Source of the DNA: Elsinoe ampelina | Taxonomy: Eukaryota | DNA length: 64,000 bases | Assembly (NCBI GenBank): GCA_010093995.1 | Contig: ML992527.1 | Span: 1-64,000, forward strand | Direction: 5' to 3' | In this document: positions 21,682 to 35,868 of the stretch, piece after piece | Layout: the number at the start of each line of letters is the position of its first letter | Numbering within the stretch: position 1 is the stretch's first letter | The notes under the pieces: model-generated | Told to the model about the DNA's origin: nothing | Seen by the model: only the letters and a program-made list of their open reading frames with translations | Database searches by the model: none | Made by a program: the position numbers and the translations under genes

Positions 21682-24600
21682 ACCGATCGTCCTTGGTAGT
21701 CGAGTTGGAACATGCAAGAGATCTTCACATGCGAGGCGAGCACGGTCAGAGTACTTTACAAGTCACGCCGGGAGGAGAAGGAGACTCAACCTTTTTCGGG
21801 TGTTGAAGATTCGACAGCGGTACTACAGAAATTTTGATGCCGAAGAGTGGATATAGCAATGTCTTGGCGGCAAGCCCCTCGAGTTTAAGCCCCATCCAAC
21901 GAGCACGGAATATTTTCATCGCATCCAATTCCCATTTGACAGGTTGTGGCTGCATAAGAATGGCATGGATAAAATATTGTGGCCACTCAGAGGGCTCGAC
22001 GATCCCCAGCTGCCCACGGTCAAGCTGGGATAAATTATATTGCATGGACTAGCTGCAAGACCAGACATGTACCACTGTCATACAGTACAGTAGCTTCACA
22101 CAAGTCCTCTGCAGGAGTTGTCACGGTGGACCCAACGTCCGGGTCGGCTGCGAATCTTGTCCTGATACAAATCATACCCATCAAAGGATGACAGGCGGGG
22201 TTCCTTGCGTGGACAGTGGAGTCGAGAGGAGGTACCTTCGGGCCCATGAGATCTTGTATGCCGCTCTCCACCTTGGTTACCGTAAAGACAGGCAAGGGTA
22301 CGAGATGCACGTGAGCTCAACCTTCGATGAAGCATGTCGGGCCATGCACTGGAGATCAACAGAAACGCATCCCTTCTTTGATCAAGCGAAGTCGTCGTTG
22401 ATAGCACATGCAAGGAGATGAGATTGTAACGAAGCTATTTTCAACGATTGGTAATTATCAATTGGCCAAGCAATACGTCAAAAAAGGGTCAATCGTCAGG
22501 GAGTCGAGACGTTGACGGGAAAAAAATGAAGAGGCAGATTTACCGTGATTGACCCACTAGCAATGCGTACATTGACTGATTTTCCTTAATATTGTCAATC
22601 TGCAGAGGCCATGTGGAGATGTTCAGAGGCCCAGGATGACGGGACACTAAAGGGTTCAGTGCTCTGCATGTAGCAGAGACAGTGCTGCATGACGGAAGGT
22701 CTTCTCCGGCGGGAAGGCTTGCATGTTGCAGGACATGGGTTGATGGCAGTTTGAGCGTAACCGAGGGTTGCCAGATTTATCAGTATAATATCTACAGCTC
22801 CGATTGAAGACTGATACAACTGAAAACGCGTGCCAGCGGGAGGGTCTGGCTGTCGAAGAGGTCTGGATTCGTACCCAATGAGAGATGAGCTTGACGGTGC
22901 TTGACCTTGTCGTCGCGTCGAATGCCTTTTCCGGCATATGCCATGATGGAAACGCTTGTACTTGCAGATGAATAATTATTACATGGAGCTGGAACAACGG
23001 CTTCCCGGTGGAACTACTGCAGAAGAGGAGAGCTGAAGTGGATGAACTTGACTCGAGTCTGTTTCTTGATCGAGAGGCCGTATCACGTGATGACGTGATT
23101 AGCGCTGACGAAAAAGGCAAGCTGTGTTTGAAGCCACTGTTTGGTCGGCGCGTCCGGCGCGGGATAAGCCATGTTGGGCCCGATGAGGGTTGAGAGTGCT
23201 CCCTTGTCAGACCTTGGTCGAGAGCCACATTCTCCGTCGTTACCTGCGACAATCTTATCCAGGCGCTAAGGCAGCCAATCTTTGTCTCGATACCGGTCGC
23301 CGTCTGTCATTGGCAGTCCACCAACGCCTCGAGCCATTCGTGAATGCTCGGCCTGGACTCTTCGACCCATTTCAGCTCCAATTTCACCATAACGAGGCCA
23401 GCCCTTCCGTCATGCTCGTTGTGAGCGATCTCGGAATGTCGTTGGGAGGTTTGTCATCCGCCATCGATTGTGTCATATCTGCAGACAGAAGGCAAACCCG
23501 GGTGGTCGGATATGCGTGTGTTGGCACAGTCTTGGTCGCCAGGAAACAGGCACATTGACTTGCGGCATGACGTTCTCAGCCTGCAGTAGTACACATGAGA
23601 TGCAGCGGGGAACGACCGATCGCGACATGGGATGCAGAAGCGAATTCAGACGGACTCGAGCCACGCGAGGGGGTTCCACAGCTGTTGTTGGAACGACGTG
23701 AAAAAAAAAGCACAGGCCCGAGCGTACAGTACCAGACCGAATTCCTCGTCGTCTGCCGGGCGAAGGTACCTAAGCAGCAACGCAACAAGAGCCGTGACAC
23801 GCCGTTTTCTCCGAAAGGTATCGAGTTGCTGACAGAGACGGCGACATGACCGGTAACGTGACCAGAATTAGGACGGATGGATGGGCAATCAATGTCCAAC
23901 ACTGCCGCCGCTAGCCATATCTGAGGCGAGGTCGGGCAAGAAAGGGCAAAGACACAGGTTGTTGGGCGCACACAAGTCATTGTCCTGCATCAGGTCCATC
24001 AAAAGACCCACCACAGCTGACATTTTGCGCAGCAACCTGTGTTACAGACAGACAGCTTGTGGGAGCCACTTGGGAGGGGAAGAAGGATCACAAGGCCCGT
24101 GACGGACGGGTGGTCAGTGGGTAACCGTTGTGCACAATATCTGCGTTGATGCATCATGCCCTGCAGGCGCCGGTGAGATGAGATTTTGTAGGATCCGGTT
24201 CTGATGATGTCGATGTTGACGGGCTGTCAGTACTGGGAATCTCGTGAGGGCTTCCAAACAGGTATATGCACGGGTTGTAGAAGCAGGAATTGGGAGCGGT
24301 TTAGCTGTGATCTCCAAAGTACATCGACGATATGCAGATCCGTAAACAAGAATATCCCTGGGGACGCAGATCGCGGGTACAGCTCGGTGCTGGACGTTTT
24401 CATCTTAGCTCGTGCCAGGCACGCCCGAGCCAGAGCCACTTGAGCCAGGGCCCGCCTTGATGAGGTGCCACTGCATCGCTGCAGTTGTGGACCGTCTTTG
24501 GTCGTCCCGCGGGTGGACGAAGCATCTCTGCAATTCTCCACGGCAACGGTTCTACATCCTGCGCCTTTAGTACCTCACCTTTCCCCCCACCCTCCCACCG

Positions 24601-24991
24601 TGAATCCGTCCAGCCTCTTTCAGGTTCAAAACGACAAGAGTTGTCATCCTCACTCGTTCGGGGACAATTCTGACAATCAGAGGACCACCGGCAAGGGAAG
24701 ACGTTCTTTTTGCAGTCAGTAGGACGACAACAAACGCCTTGCTCAATCTCAGGTCGCCGCTCCGGACCATCTCCGCCAAACCTCAACCCACCTTGCTTTA
24801 CCTCTCGACCAATCTTCTGGATGATTCCGGTAACATTCTCGACTCTATTCTAGCTCAGTATACGCTAGAGTTTGAGTTGAGCACCTCCTCGCCGACGCTT
24901 CTCCACTATTCGGGATCGTCACTGCAAGAGCATTGTATACCGAGGGTTCGCGGGACTGGTTGAAAAGAAGGGAACACGCCATACTATCACA

Positions 24992-26832
24992 ATGGAGTTC
25001 TCATCACCACTTGCTGCAATGCATCCTCCGGCTTGCCCATCATGGGGGCGGAGAGATCTGCCCACTTCTCGTCTCATGTACTCTGGATCCCAATCGCTGG
25101 CACCAAACAGCTTTGATTTCAGAAACATGAGCATGTACAAGGGCAAGAACGACTATTTCTCGTCTAGACCTGCTAGGGGTTCGTCTCCGACTGCAAGTCT
25201 GGCCGCTGATTTGTCGTCAAACTTCCACATTGATCAAAGGTACGCACCAAGCATTCCACGGCGCGAGATTCCATGGCTGATGATCTGGACAGTCCTCAGA
25301 TTCCAACACCAAGAAGATCACTCTTCGCAAAGGGTCTCTTTCAACAGGAAAACAATGGTACGTTCCACAACGATCGTTCTACGTTTGGTCTTAATTTGTT
25401 CCAGAATTTCTTGTCACACCACCTGTTGACCACGAGGGTGCTACCACACCACCCATCCCTTCTTCCTCTCCTGGCATTGACATCATGGACATCTCACCAC
25501 TTCCTCACAAGGCGCCTTGCTTTGTGGCTCACATCACATTACCCTCACCTTCACCAGATGGGACGCCTCTGGACGACGAGGATGATATGATGACTCCAAG
25601 GTCGGAGAAGACAGAGGATGTAGTTATGGGACCACCCAAGATGGGTTTCCCGGTGCAGATGGTGTTGCCAGAGTTCGTTTGTCCTAAACCATTCGAGGTT
25701 GAAAACTGACCTCGATGCTAGACGTAAGAAGCCGGTCCTGCAGCGACCTCCACTTCTCCGTCCCAAGACATACGCCCCAACTTCTGGACCTGTCCAACCC
25801 CCATCCAAGGAAGCCCTGCTACCACCGTTTCAGTTTGGCAACGGCGCACCAACTCTCACATGTGCATCAACACCCAACCTTCTCGACACCATGATCGACT
25901 CACCAATGGAGGAGTCGAAGCCATCCTTCCTGTCCACCAACCACGTTCCACGTCGACCATCGCTCGGTACCACAAACCGCTGTGGTGGCTCGCCTGTCGG
26001 TGGAGTAGCGAGGAAGCCCGTCCCCGGTCCTCATCGTCCTCGGAAACAAGTCCGTCGTTCGTTGAGCATGTTCCAACATCCGGAAGATGTCATGAAGGAC
26101 CGTGAAGACTATGAGCCTCCTGTTCCGTCACTTGCCCCCTTACCTCATGTCGACATGGACTACAAACACAAACTTCCTCACAGCCTGACAGGAGAACCCG
26201 ACTCATTACCACGAATCCAGCAAGATACTCTAATCAATGTCCTTAATGGTCAATACAACACTCATTACGACAAAGTCCTCGTGGTCGACTGCCGCTTCGA
26301 GTATGAGTATGACGGCGGCCACATTGATGGCGCCATTAATTATAATGATAAGGAGCTGCTGGCCAGAGAGCTTTTCAATCAAGCACCACCACCGAGGACA
26401 TTATTGATCTTCCACTGTGAATATTCAGTACATCGCGCTCCAAGGATGGCAAAGTTCGTCCGCAATAGGGATCGTGCAGTCAACGACTTTCAGTACCCCA
26501 AACTCACATATCCAGAGATGTACATTCTCGACGGTGGATACAGTCAATTCTTCAAGCTGCACAGGACCAAGTGCTTCCCGCAAAACTATGTCGAGATGGA
26601 GCACAAAGACCACGAGCAGGCCTGCGAGAAAGGCATGGGCAAGCTCAAGCAACGAGCAAAGCTCAGCCGAGCACAGACTTTTGCTTTTGGCCAGCAATCG
26701 TGTCAGATGGAGGACAGTCCGACATCTGGCTACGGCTCTCGCATGGGTATGCGAAGTTACAGCAGTATGGATGCACACGACATCTCACCCATGCTCGCCA
26801 GACAATTCACCCGTCGCCTGGCCACAGCATAA
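24992..26832 (+). CDS. CDC25: M-phase inducer phosphatase Cdc25/Mih1/NimT (exons 24992-25239, 25293-25357, 25405-25672, 25722-26832)
   Basis: DCRFEYEYDGGHI.GA.N, active site FHCEYSVHRAP, YPEMYILDGGY; N-terminal SLAADLSSNFHID. Confidence 0.95.
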
Positions 26833-28117
26833 CACACTCATTACCAACCACGTTTTCATGTCCCATTTCAGCCACATGCATCAACGGCGTTTACGAACCC
26901 CAACAACCATCGACCATGGTTCATTTCCTTACTACAATTGAATGTTTCCCACGAACACAGGATCCCTACCCCCGAACTATCCATCCACCAACCACCGAGT
27001 ATCAGCAAGCGAATCATACACCATCCCAGCATCAGCATCAGCACTAGCATCATCCATTCACCATCCTTCACAGACCGAGCAAGCACCATACCTTTCCAAC
27101 ATCACTTTCAGAAAGCAAGCATTCGATTCTTCGCCCCTGTACAAACATGACACCAGTTCTATACCCCTCGTTTTTACAATTTTTTGTCGCCGGGGACCTT
27201 CAGGCCCTCGGCAGCGCAGCGATCGCTTTCTTCGACACCTTCGATTCGACCCGCTGTCTATATTACATTACACTTTGTCATTCTGGAGAGGAGGCAGCTT
27301 GCCTGGATTCCTGCTCGAGCGCAGACAAGTTGATCATCACCTGACACCTGGATGGTCGACAGGGGGCAGGAAGAGGGAAAGGCGTGTACGATGACAGTCT
27401 CCTGCTTTTTACACTCGACCCTGCCTCGATCGAAGGGGATGGGCTTTCCGCGCTTGTACGCTTAGATGCTGCGTCTGCTCTTGCTGCGATTGCTTTTTTT
27501 GACTTGTTTTCCGCCGCCGACACACGGATTGATGGGAGGGGAGAGGGCTCTACGTAGCTATGCTGAGATAGAAGAGGTGTATGAGAATGAAGAGACATTG
27601 TTCTAACTTGTGCACTTGCTGCGTGAGGCTGCTGCGAGAGTGTTGGTGGCTGTCTGGTTTCCCTAGAGGATGCTCCTGTGCAAGCGGTGTGACTCGTCGT
27701 CGGCGGGATTCAGGGCCTCTCCTTGGGAGAGGTCCTTGAGCACGCCTGTGTTTGTTATTTGTGTAGTTTCAAGTGCGTGGGTCGGTGATGCGCAGTGTGC
27801 GGTGGGAGGGTATGAGAGTACGGCTGCTGAGTGGAAGGTATTAGGAGAGCAGTGGCGGGGTTGGTCTGCGGTTGCTGCGTCTGCATCACAGGGGGCTGAG
27901 TGCTGCACGGGTTGTAAAGTTTGACGAATATGTATTCCTGCTTCTATGATGGCCTCGCTGCTGTAGCTATGCATGACCATTAATCTTGAGGGACGGCCAC
28001 GCTTCCCTTGTCATCCTCGTTTTGGCTGGAGTGCTTGGAATTTGGGTCGACCACGCTTGAAGACCACGACTCTCAAAACTTTTGATTCGCGTACGTAAAT
28101 ACTATGCTTCCATCCTT

Positions 28118-28518
28118 CTACTCATCGTCCTCAGAATCATGACTTGCCACCTTCCTTGAGCCCCTTCTCGCCAGGCTGGTTTGAGCCGGCATCGATGCCG
28201 ACGGTTGACAGACCGCCTGAGTCCTTGGCGACAGGGGCTTCACCCGGTGCTGGAGCATCCTTGTGGGCTGGGGCGTTGTCGGCACCGAGACCGTGAGCTG
28301 TGGTTTGTCAGGATTGGAATACATCGCTCGAGGCATGAGAGTGGGGTTTGGGAGCGGCGTCAAGGGGCCCCAGAATCAGTGGTGTAGACTTCGGGGGAGG
28401 TTCTGGTGGGCAACGAAGGGGTAGATATAGGCATGATGGATTTCAACTTACTCTGTGCCTGCTGCTTCTGGAACTTCTCTGATGGGGCCTGGCCACCGGG
28501 AGTCTTGGAGTGAGGCAT
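28118..28518 (-). CDS. Possible small hypothetical protein (splicing unresolved)
   Basis: ATG in good context at 28518, GTAAGT donor at ~28451; the downstream frame is ambiguous. Confidence 0.3.
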
Positions 28519-29096
28519 GTTGATGTTGAGTTTGTGCTGTGCGGAGGAATTCTCTTGTTTGACTCGGGATGCTTGTGAAGAAGATAGGTAATGAGAATGG
28601 AAGACAGAAGGAGATGTGAGGATATCTATTGTTTTTCCAGATATCAAACGTGACGTCAAGCAGAGTCACCATGAAGCTCTGTCATCGAAAGAATCGGATT
28701 GAGATCTGACTCATCTGAGTCAAATATGTGCACACTTCATGCTTGTGAGCTTACAGTTCAGGGGTAAGATATTTTATTCAGGGTGTGGTAATGCAGTCAC
28801 AAGCGTCTTTGAGAATGATCGAACATGGTTGATGGGCGGGGCGAGATTCAAGATGTGAAATGAGCATCTCTTGATGAGTTGTTCGGCAATGGTCGAGACT
28901 CCAGCCAATCACCATCCCCGCCATTCGAGCGGCGAACGGGAAGACCCTCCGAAATCGCTCGGGCTTGGCGCATTATCTCATCGAAGGTTTCTCCTCACGC
29001 TTGACCTCATTTCAAAGAAGTTTCCATCATCTCAGCCTACAACAACCTGAGACTCTTAACAAAGCACACAAACCCATCCCACACAACTAGATCATC

Positions 29097-29750
29097 ATGT
29101 TTCGACGAGTCATCTCCACCGCCCCCGCGCAGGCGTCCCGCGCACTCACATCCGCTGCACGACCTGCTATCTCAACCACATCTCGATTCGTCACACCCGC
29201 CGCACAACACATCGCTCGACGATCATACCACGAGAAAGTACTCGATCACTACAGCAAGCCCCGAAATGTTGGATCGATGCCCAAGAACGATGGAGATGTC
29301 GGTACTGGCTTGGTCGGTGCACCTGCATGTGGCGACGTGATGAAGCTCCAGATCCGAGTGGACCCGAAGGATAACACAATCAGTGATGTCAAGTTCAAGA
29401 CGTTCGGATGTGGAAGTGCTATCGCCAGCAGCAGCTACTTGACCGAGCTGGTGCGGGGCATGACCCTGGAGCAGGCCGGTAGAATCAAGAATACCGAGAT
29501 TGCAAAGGAGCTGTGCTTGCCTCCTGTCAAGTGTAAGTTCAGAGGTGATTAAAGCGGATTAGACAGAAGCTGACGACTCTTAGTACACTGCTCCATGCTT
29601 GCAGAGGATGCAATCAAGTCCGCCATCTCAAATTACTATACCAAGAATCCCAATGCCCGCCAGACTGACCTTGGAGGCACCAGCGCGCCCATGCCAAAGG
29701 TCGAGATTGAGACGGTGTCATCGGACCACGCACAAGCTGCTGCGGCCTAA
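29097..29750 (+). CDS. ISU1: Mitochondrial Fe-S scaffold Isu1 (intron 29533-29583)
   Basis: Mitochondrial presequence, YHEKVLDHY..PRNVG, GAPACGDVM, KTFGCGSAIASS, LPPVK|LHCSMLAEDA. Confidence 0.97.
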
Positions 29751-31450
29751 GAGTGGGATCGCCGGTGGTACATAATTTGTTTTCGAGCGACTTCAACACG
29801 TGGTTCACGAAAGGTTGGGTGAGAATGCATACATCGATGGGAGTGTGCAGGAGTTAGGGAGGTATCGTAGGCTGTACTTTAGATTGTACAGTCCAGAATG
29901 AGACAACAGTTTACCTTCAGAGCATATGCCACATATGTAAACGCTGTCGTCCCGCCAAGCAAGCTCCTTCGTAGGTCTGCAGAGTGATTGGAGTTGTCGT
30001 GAGGGGTACACCATCGTTCAGCTCAGAGCTACTTTACTATGAATCAATGCTGCCTTTGAATGATGTCTGATCATCCCCACGCCGACTCGATCGGCCATTT
30101 GGTATCCTTCTACGCCACCTTCCCAACAGGATAGTAGCCGCGTATCAAGCTGACTGCCACTGTCTAAGCGTGGGATTCATGCAATGGCGTTGCACCACAG
30201 CCGAAGCCACCTTCTACACCTGCACGTGGGATGTCTCTGTAGATCTCTTGACGTTCGACCTCACGTGGGTGGGTGACCGGAGGAGACACTAAAATCATTT
30301 GCTGGATCCTGCCGACCATGCGCTACCTCTCGCTAAACTCATGGGAACGGAGCCAGGAAGGAACCCTCTGATAGTCTAACTGGATTGCATCCACCTCATT
30401 CCATCCATGACTTGCCGAGAACTTGTAGCAAGCAATGCTGGTATGTCAAAATCTTTGCATAAACGTCTCAAGCAAGACATTGTCAACCAAAAGTGAGCAC
30501 TCATTTATCCTGGGATTACCGTTGACCCAAAGCTGGAAGCTCTCGGGTTAATCCTAGATCCCCCTCGGGGAGAAATACAAAAGTACATTGCTCGACATCA
30601 TCGAGTATTCCGAGACATTGGCGAGACGGGTATTTATGGGACATCCACGCGAGAAAACAAATTGCAAGACCCTTGACCGCCGACACATCGAGCATGGATG
30701 CCGCAAGAGCCTTGTCAAAATTGTACTGGGATCACGAGTCGAGGGGCTACTTGGCGGTGAGGGATGGCCGCACAGAGCGTACAGAACATGGCAGGTCCCA
30801 CGAGACGCTGTGATAGTGATGGGAGCTACACAACGATAGTGTGAACGTCGGAACACACATCCGTACCATGGAGCAGATACATGCAGTGCGAGACCCAGTC
30901 CCTGTTAACTACAACATGCCATCCAAAAGCCCCAAAACCCAAATGAGGAGAGACCAACGCCGCCAGCTTCCCGCCTTGCTCCTCCCTTCCCGAACCTCAG
31001 CACTTTTGACCGTCACCTTCACGTGTCCAACATTCTACCCTGAATTGTAATATCTCTGCCCCCATCCTCCTCAATTGCCGCCGCCGAGAGAAGCTCTCCC
31101 ACGAGGGCCGCATGATCCTTGCTCCTCCCGCTTTCCCCTTTAACACTCAGGGCCGGCCCGCCGCTGCTACGAACCTGCCAATCGATCGCTTGCTGACCTC
31201 TACCAAGGGCTTCCATCTCCTCCAACCACAGACGCATCAACTCCCAAGCACCGTCCGGCGGCAGTCAGACTGCGATCTCTTCTCTCCGTAGCCGACCTGG
31301 TCCGGCTCAGTTCACGTCGAGCAGCCCTGCCGTGTGCGACGGTCAGCCGTTTCGTCCGGTGCTTCAATCTCCCGTCCTTCCCCTCCGCGACACAAGAACC
31401 CTGAAGCCCTCACATCGATTGGAGAGCCCGAGCTCTGATCCGCAGCCATC

Positions 31451-32199
31451 ATGGCTGGTAAAATGACCTTGTACAAGCTGGTGGTGCTGGGCGATGGAGG
31501 TGTGGGAAAGACGGCGCTGACTATTCAGGTTTGTTTGGTTGGTTATCTGCGAGCTCAACAACTAACGGATCCAAGCTGTGTTTAAATCACTTTGTTGAGA
31601 CGTATGATCCGACGATCGAGGACTCGTATCGCAAGCAGGTACAGATTGATGGTCAATCGTGTATGCTGGAAGTGCTAGACACGGCTGGACAGGAGGACTA
31701 TGTGTCGCTACGGGATCAATGGATAAGAGATGGTGAGGGATTTGTGTTGGTCTACAGCATCTCGTCGAGGGCGAGTTTCCAACAACTCAAGAGTTTCTAC
31801 AACCAGATAAGGAGGGTGAAGGAAGCTTCTGGATCGCCGACTTTTGCTGGTTCGCCTGGTCTTGGTCATTCACCGATTATGCTGGTCGGCAACAAGTGCG
31901 ACAGAGTGACCGAGAGGGAGGTGTCGACACAAGAAGGCAGTTCGCTTGCCAGAGAGCTTGGATGTGACTTTGTGGAAGCATCGGCAAAGAATTGTGTGAA
32001 TGTTGAGAAGGCATTCTACGATGTTGTTCGTCAGCTTCGGAGGCAGCGGCAATCTTCAGGTGGTGACTTCAGCCCGGCAAAGGGATCAGAGCGGAGGAGG
32101 GATACGAGTAAGAGTGGACTGGATGCTGTGACGAGGAAAGCAGGTCGTTCACAATCGAGATCTGGAGAAGGGAAGAAAGGCAAGTGCACGATTTTATGA
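31451..32199 (+). CDS. RAS2: Ras GTPase, RasB/Ras2 type (intron 31529-31575)
   Basis: GDGGVGKT, YDPTIEDSY, DTAGQE, NKCD, EASAK, CAAX box CTIL. Confidence 0.95.
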
Positions 32200-33299
32200 G
32201 ACCAGACACGGCCATGCTCTACTCCAAGATCTCAGCCCGCCTCTCGTCTACGCCGGATGGTTCATTTCCTTCTACCAATACACGACAATAGAGTCTTGCT
32301 GAGCACACCTATCGCAAGGCCAACCCAACAACTCGGCGATCACAATCCACGAACCTAAAGACTCCCAAATATTCTTACCACACCAATCAACGGCCCCCTC
32401 CAGCAAAATGATTACATACTTGATACCACATACCATGCTCCATTTCGCCTTTCGATCTTTCACCAGACTCTGAGAGCAGGACCAACAATATCTGTCGGCA
32501 GCATTGTCCCCCGAAGAAGAAGCATGAGGAGGCAGATCGTCTTTCCCGCCAGAAGCAGCACCAGCAGCATAGCGCGAGGCGTCTGGAGTCTCATCACCGT
32601 CATGCGCATAACTCTGTCTAGTCGATTATTCTTCACGCTATGTTTCTTACGATATCATAGGAGCAGCTGGCATTGGCTGGGCTGTTTTAGCATGAGGTTG
32701 AATTGATTACCTTTTTATTCTTCGTTTGCTATGGCTTCTGTGTATGTGATGCTGTGATGATGCTGGGGATGGGAGACGAGTCTTTGTATCATCACTCGAA
32801 GGTCAATTGATATGACGGCTAGTTCGTTCTTCAGGATCAAGGGCATTCATATAGGATCATGCAGTCCAATTCTAATATAGCTGAGCTGTCGCCAAGATCA
32901 CGGTACTCTGATCACGCAGGCGTAGAGCCACACAAGTCAAGCAAGCTGAGGCGTCAAGGTCAAGGTCATGGAGGTTTGTGGCAGGACCATCGGGAGTAGT
33001 GATCAGAGCATTGGGAGAAGAAGGTCGGAAAGACGTGCGCGGCACACCTGCAGCCATCAAACAGTCCATGTAGCTCGTGCTGATGTCACCAATATCCCGT
33101 ACAAGACCTGCGAGTATCCCTACCACATCACGCATGACACCAGTATCCGCATACCCTCAACAGCACTGATCTTCCGCTGAACGTGAAAATTTGATTTCGA
33201 GCCGTGACACCTATGCATGTCTGACCATCACCTCGTGAGGTCCATGAACCTCAACCGGTGATTTTGTCCCTTTTTCCCCACCTTGCACACCATCCCTCT

Positions 33300-33862
33300 C
33301 TAAAACCTCAACGGCGTAAAGAACCACCTGTTCTTACCCGACACATACCTCTCCTCGAGCGCCTTCTTGACCGTCTTCTTGGCCTCCTCACGCTGCGACA
33401 CCTCCTTGAACGTATCGTTGCTCACAACACCCTTGAGCCCCTCGAGCTCCAGCGTGTACCGCGTCGGCATGATGTGGTTGTAGTTGACGACCTTGATGAA
33501 CGGCTTGACTTTTGATCGCTTGGTTTGGCGCTTCTTGGACATGCGGCGCGTGACGGGCTGGGGGTAGCGTTCGATGCCGGCTACGAGGGCGTGGGGGAAA
33601 GGGTGCGCTTTGGTGCCTGTGTCTTGAGGTTGGATGATGACGACCTGTGGGAAGGGTTAGGGGTGTTCGTATAGCTGGAGACTCGTCGGGGAGGGCCCGA
33701 GTAGGTGGTCGTCGTACCTTCTTGCCGGCATAGCGTCCACGGCTGATGATAGCCACACGGCCAACTTTGAGGACTGGACGGGTGTTAGAGATTGTTCATG
33801 CTGGTCGTGGATGGTGGAATGGAATCGCATTGGTCGATTTTAGGGTCGTACGTACACTTCAT
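33300..33862 (-). CDS. RPL27: 60S ribosomal protein eL27 (7-nt first coding exon, 2 introns)
   Basis: [54 protein letters not shown]. Confidence 0.96.
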
Positions 33863-34104
33863 GTCGAGTTGATTGACAGCGTCCCGGTATTACTGTCGTC
33901 GTCGATAGCTGGTGGTCGTTGGCTTGAAGATTTGAAGTTCATCAGTTTCGTCCCGGAGAAAAGGTTTTGCCGAATCGCCAAGAATAGTCAAAACGCCAAG
34001 AGGACACAACTGAGGGGATCTTGTCATCGATCTTGGACCTCGAAGAAGTCTCTTTCGTCAACCAGGTCACTAACCCATCAACAGCATCTCGGAAATTCGA
34101 CAAT

Positions 34105-34910
34105 ATGTGAGTAGTGCCCTGCACAATCATCACTGGATATTCGACAGTCACGGAGGATTGCTGTCACCCACCTATACACCGCCTCACCTGGGCGGCAAAC
34201 TGTGCAAGACAAACACTGACATCCATCTCTCTAGGGTCAATCTCCGTACACAAAAGCGCCTGGCCGCCTCGGTCGCTGGCTGCGGCAAGCGCAAGATCTG
34301 GCTCGACCCAAATGAAGTCAACGAGATCTCAAACGCAAACTCCCGCCAGACTATCCGCAAGCTGGTCTCCGATGGCCTCATTATCCGCAAGCCCGTCACC
34401 ATGCACTCGCGTGCCAGCGCCCGTGAGCTGAACGCCGCTCGAAGAATCGGAAGGCACAGGGGTTACGGAAAGAGAAAGGGTACAGCCGATGCTCGTATGC
34501 CAAGGTACGCCACCCGATGGATGGAAGGGATGTGAACGGGGACTGATACCGTGAACAGCCAGGTCCTCTGGATGCGTCGTCTCCGTGTCCTCCGTCGTCT
34601 ACTCGTCAAGTACCGTGCTGCCGGCAAGATCGATAAGCACCTCTACCACGAGCTCTACAAGCTCAGCAAGGGTAATACCTTCAAGCACAAGCGTGCCCTC
34701 GTTGAGCACGTAAGTTAACCATAACGCCACCCTGTCGACCTACACTAATGTTTTCAGATCCACAAGGCCAAGGCTGAGAAGGCCCGTGAGGTCCAGATCA
34801 GAGCCGAGATGGACGCAAAGAGATCGAAGAACAAGGAGGCAAGGGAGAGGCGCCAGGCCCGCATCACCGAGAAGCGCAATGCTCTCCTCGGCGACGACGA
34901 GAAGAAATAG
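34105..34910 (+). CDS. RPL19: 60S ribosomal protein eL19 (exons 34105-34106, 34235-34504, 34559-34709, 34758-34910)
   Basis: [34 protein letters not shown]; the start codon is split AT|G by the first intron. Confidence 0.96.
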
Positions 34911-35868
34911 ATTGTGACGATTCGCATAGGTGGATGACGGCGGGTATACATCAAGACCCGGATGGTGGACAAGATGAGTCGAGCTCGGTCTCAGACATCG
35001 GCCTTGCTGTCTCGCACTGGTCGGCGTGGTTTTCTTTGGCGTGCATCATGTGGCTGCATAAAGTGTCTGATGTGTTACATAGAGGACGACACAATGACAG
35101 CAATGGATGGTTTCGTTCACTTTCTGTTGCTCGTGTGTGATTGTGTCTGGGGGCTGGTGGGTTGGATGTTCATTCTTTGCTGCTCAGGATATGTAACCTC
35201 GAACCCATGGTATCGTCACTGACAGACTCGCATAGTGTCTTCACGCTTTCGAACATCATCGCCATCCTGTCGACAACGACTTTATTACTGCTCGCCATGC
35301 CTATTGGTCATACCATCGACAACCTCACTGACGCACCTGACCACGATATCGTTGACGCCCTTGCCCTCGCTGGCGGTCCATCCTCCCTCGATCACGCTCT
35401 CCCCCTGGCCGACATGCTCGACAACCTCTTGACGCCTCAAGACACCTCATGCCGTCTATATCGCCTGATTCGCTATGCCTATGCCAGCCCAGGCTAAGCA
35501 ACATCTCCCTCCCGAGACCACCCTTACCGTCGGACGTACAGTCACCACCCATCTGGGGATCTTCTCGTGGACAATATGTTGTCGGTCTCCCTCGATGCTG
35601 CTAGCCATAGTGGCCGGACCCATCCTGGATGATCAATACTCGAAGCTATCTGGCCCAGCACGCGGCCAAGCCAAACATGTGCTACTCACGCTCAATGGCC
35701 CCCTTTTCCGACGCTGCCGTATCGGCTACTTGCATCCGGTGACATGTGACTCTGGCAGCCGCATCGTTGGCAGACTTACAGTTCACAAAACCGTATGCGC
35801 CCTGCTCTTGTCTTCGCTCTCTCCTCACACACCCAGCCAAATTCATACTAGCCCACTGGATCACCAAC

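Noticed and set aside
21746..24900. 3-kb POL5-CDC25 gap with short protein-like ORF fragments on both strands
   Set aside because: No consistent frame, splice model or recognisable motif; may be a decayed gene or long regulatory region but cannot be supported
30435..30839. Possible two-exon small gene (ATGCTG|GTATGT..TAG|ATC)
   Set aside because: A frame can be built, but the branch site is weak and the product is unrecognisable
35141..35497. Short ORF between RPL19 and paralogue A
   Set aside because: No family motifs and no independent support
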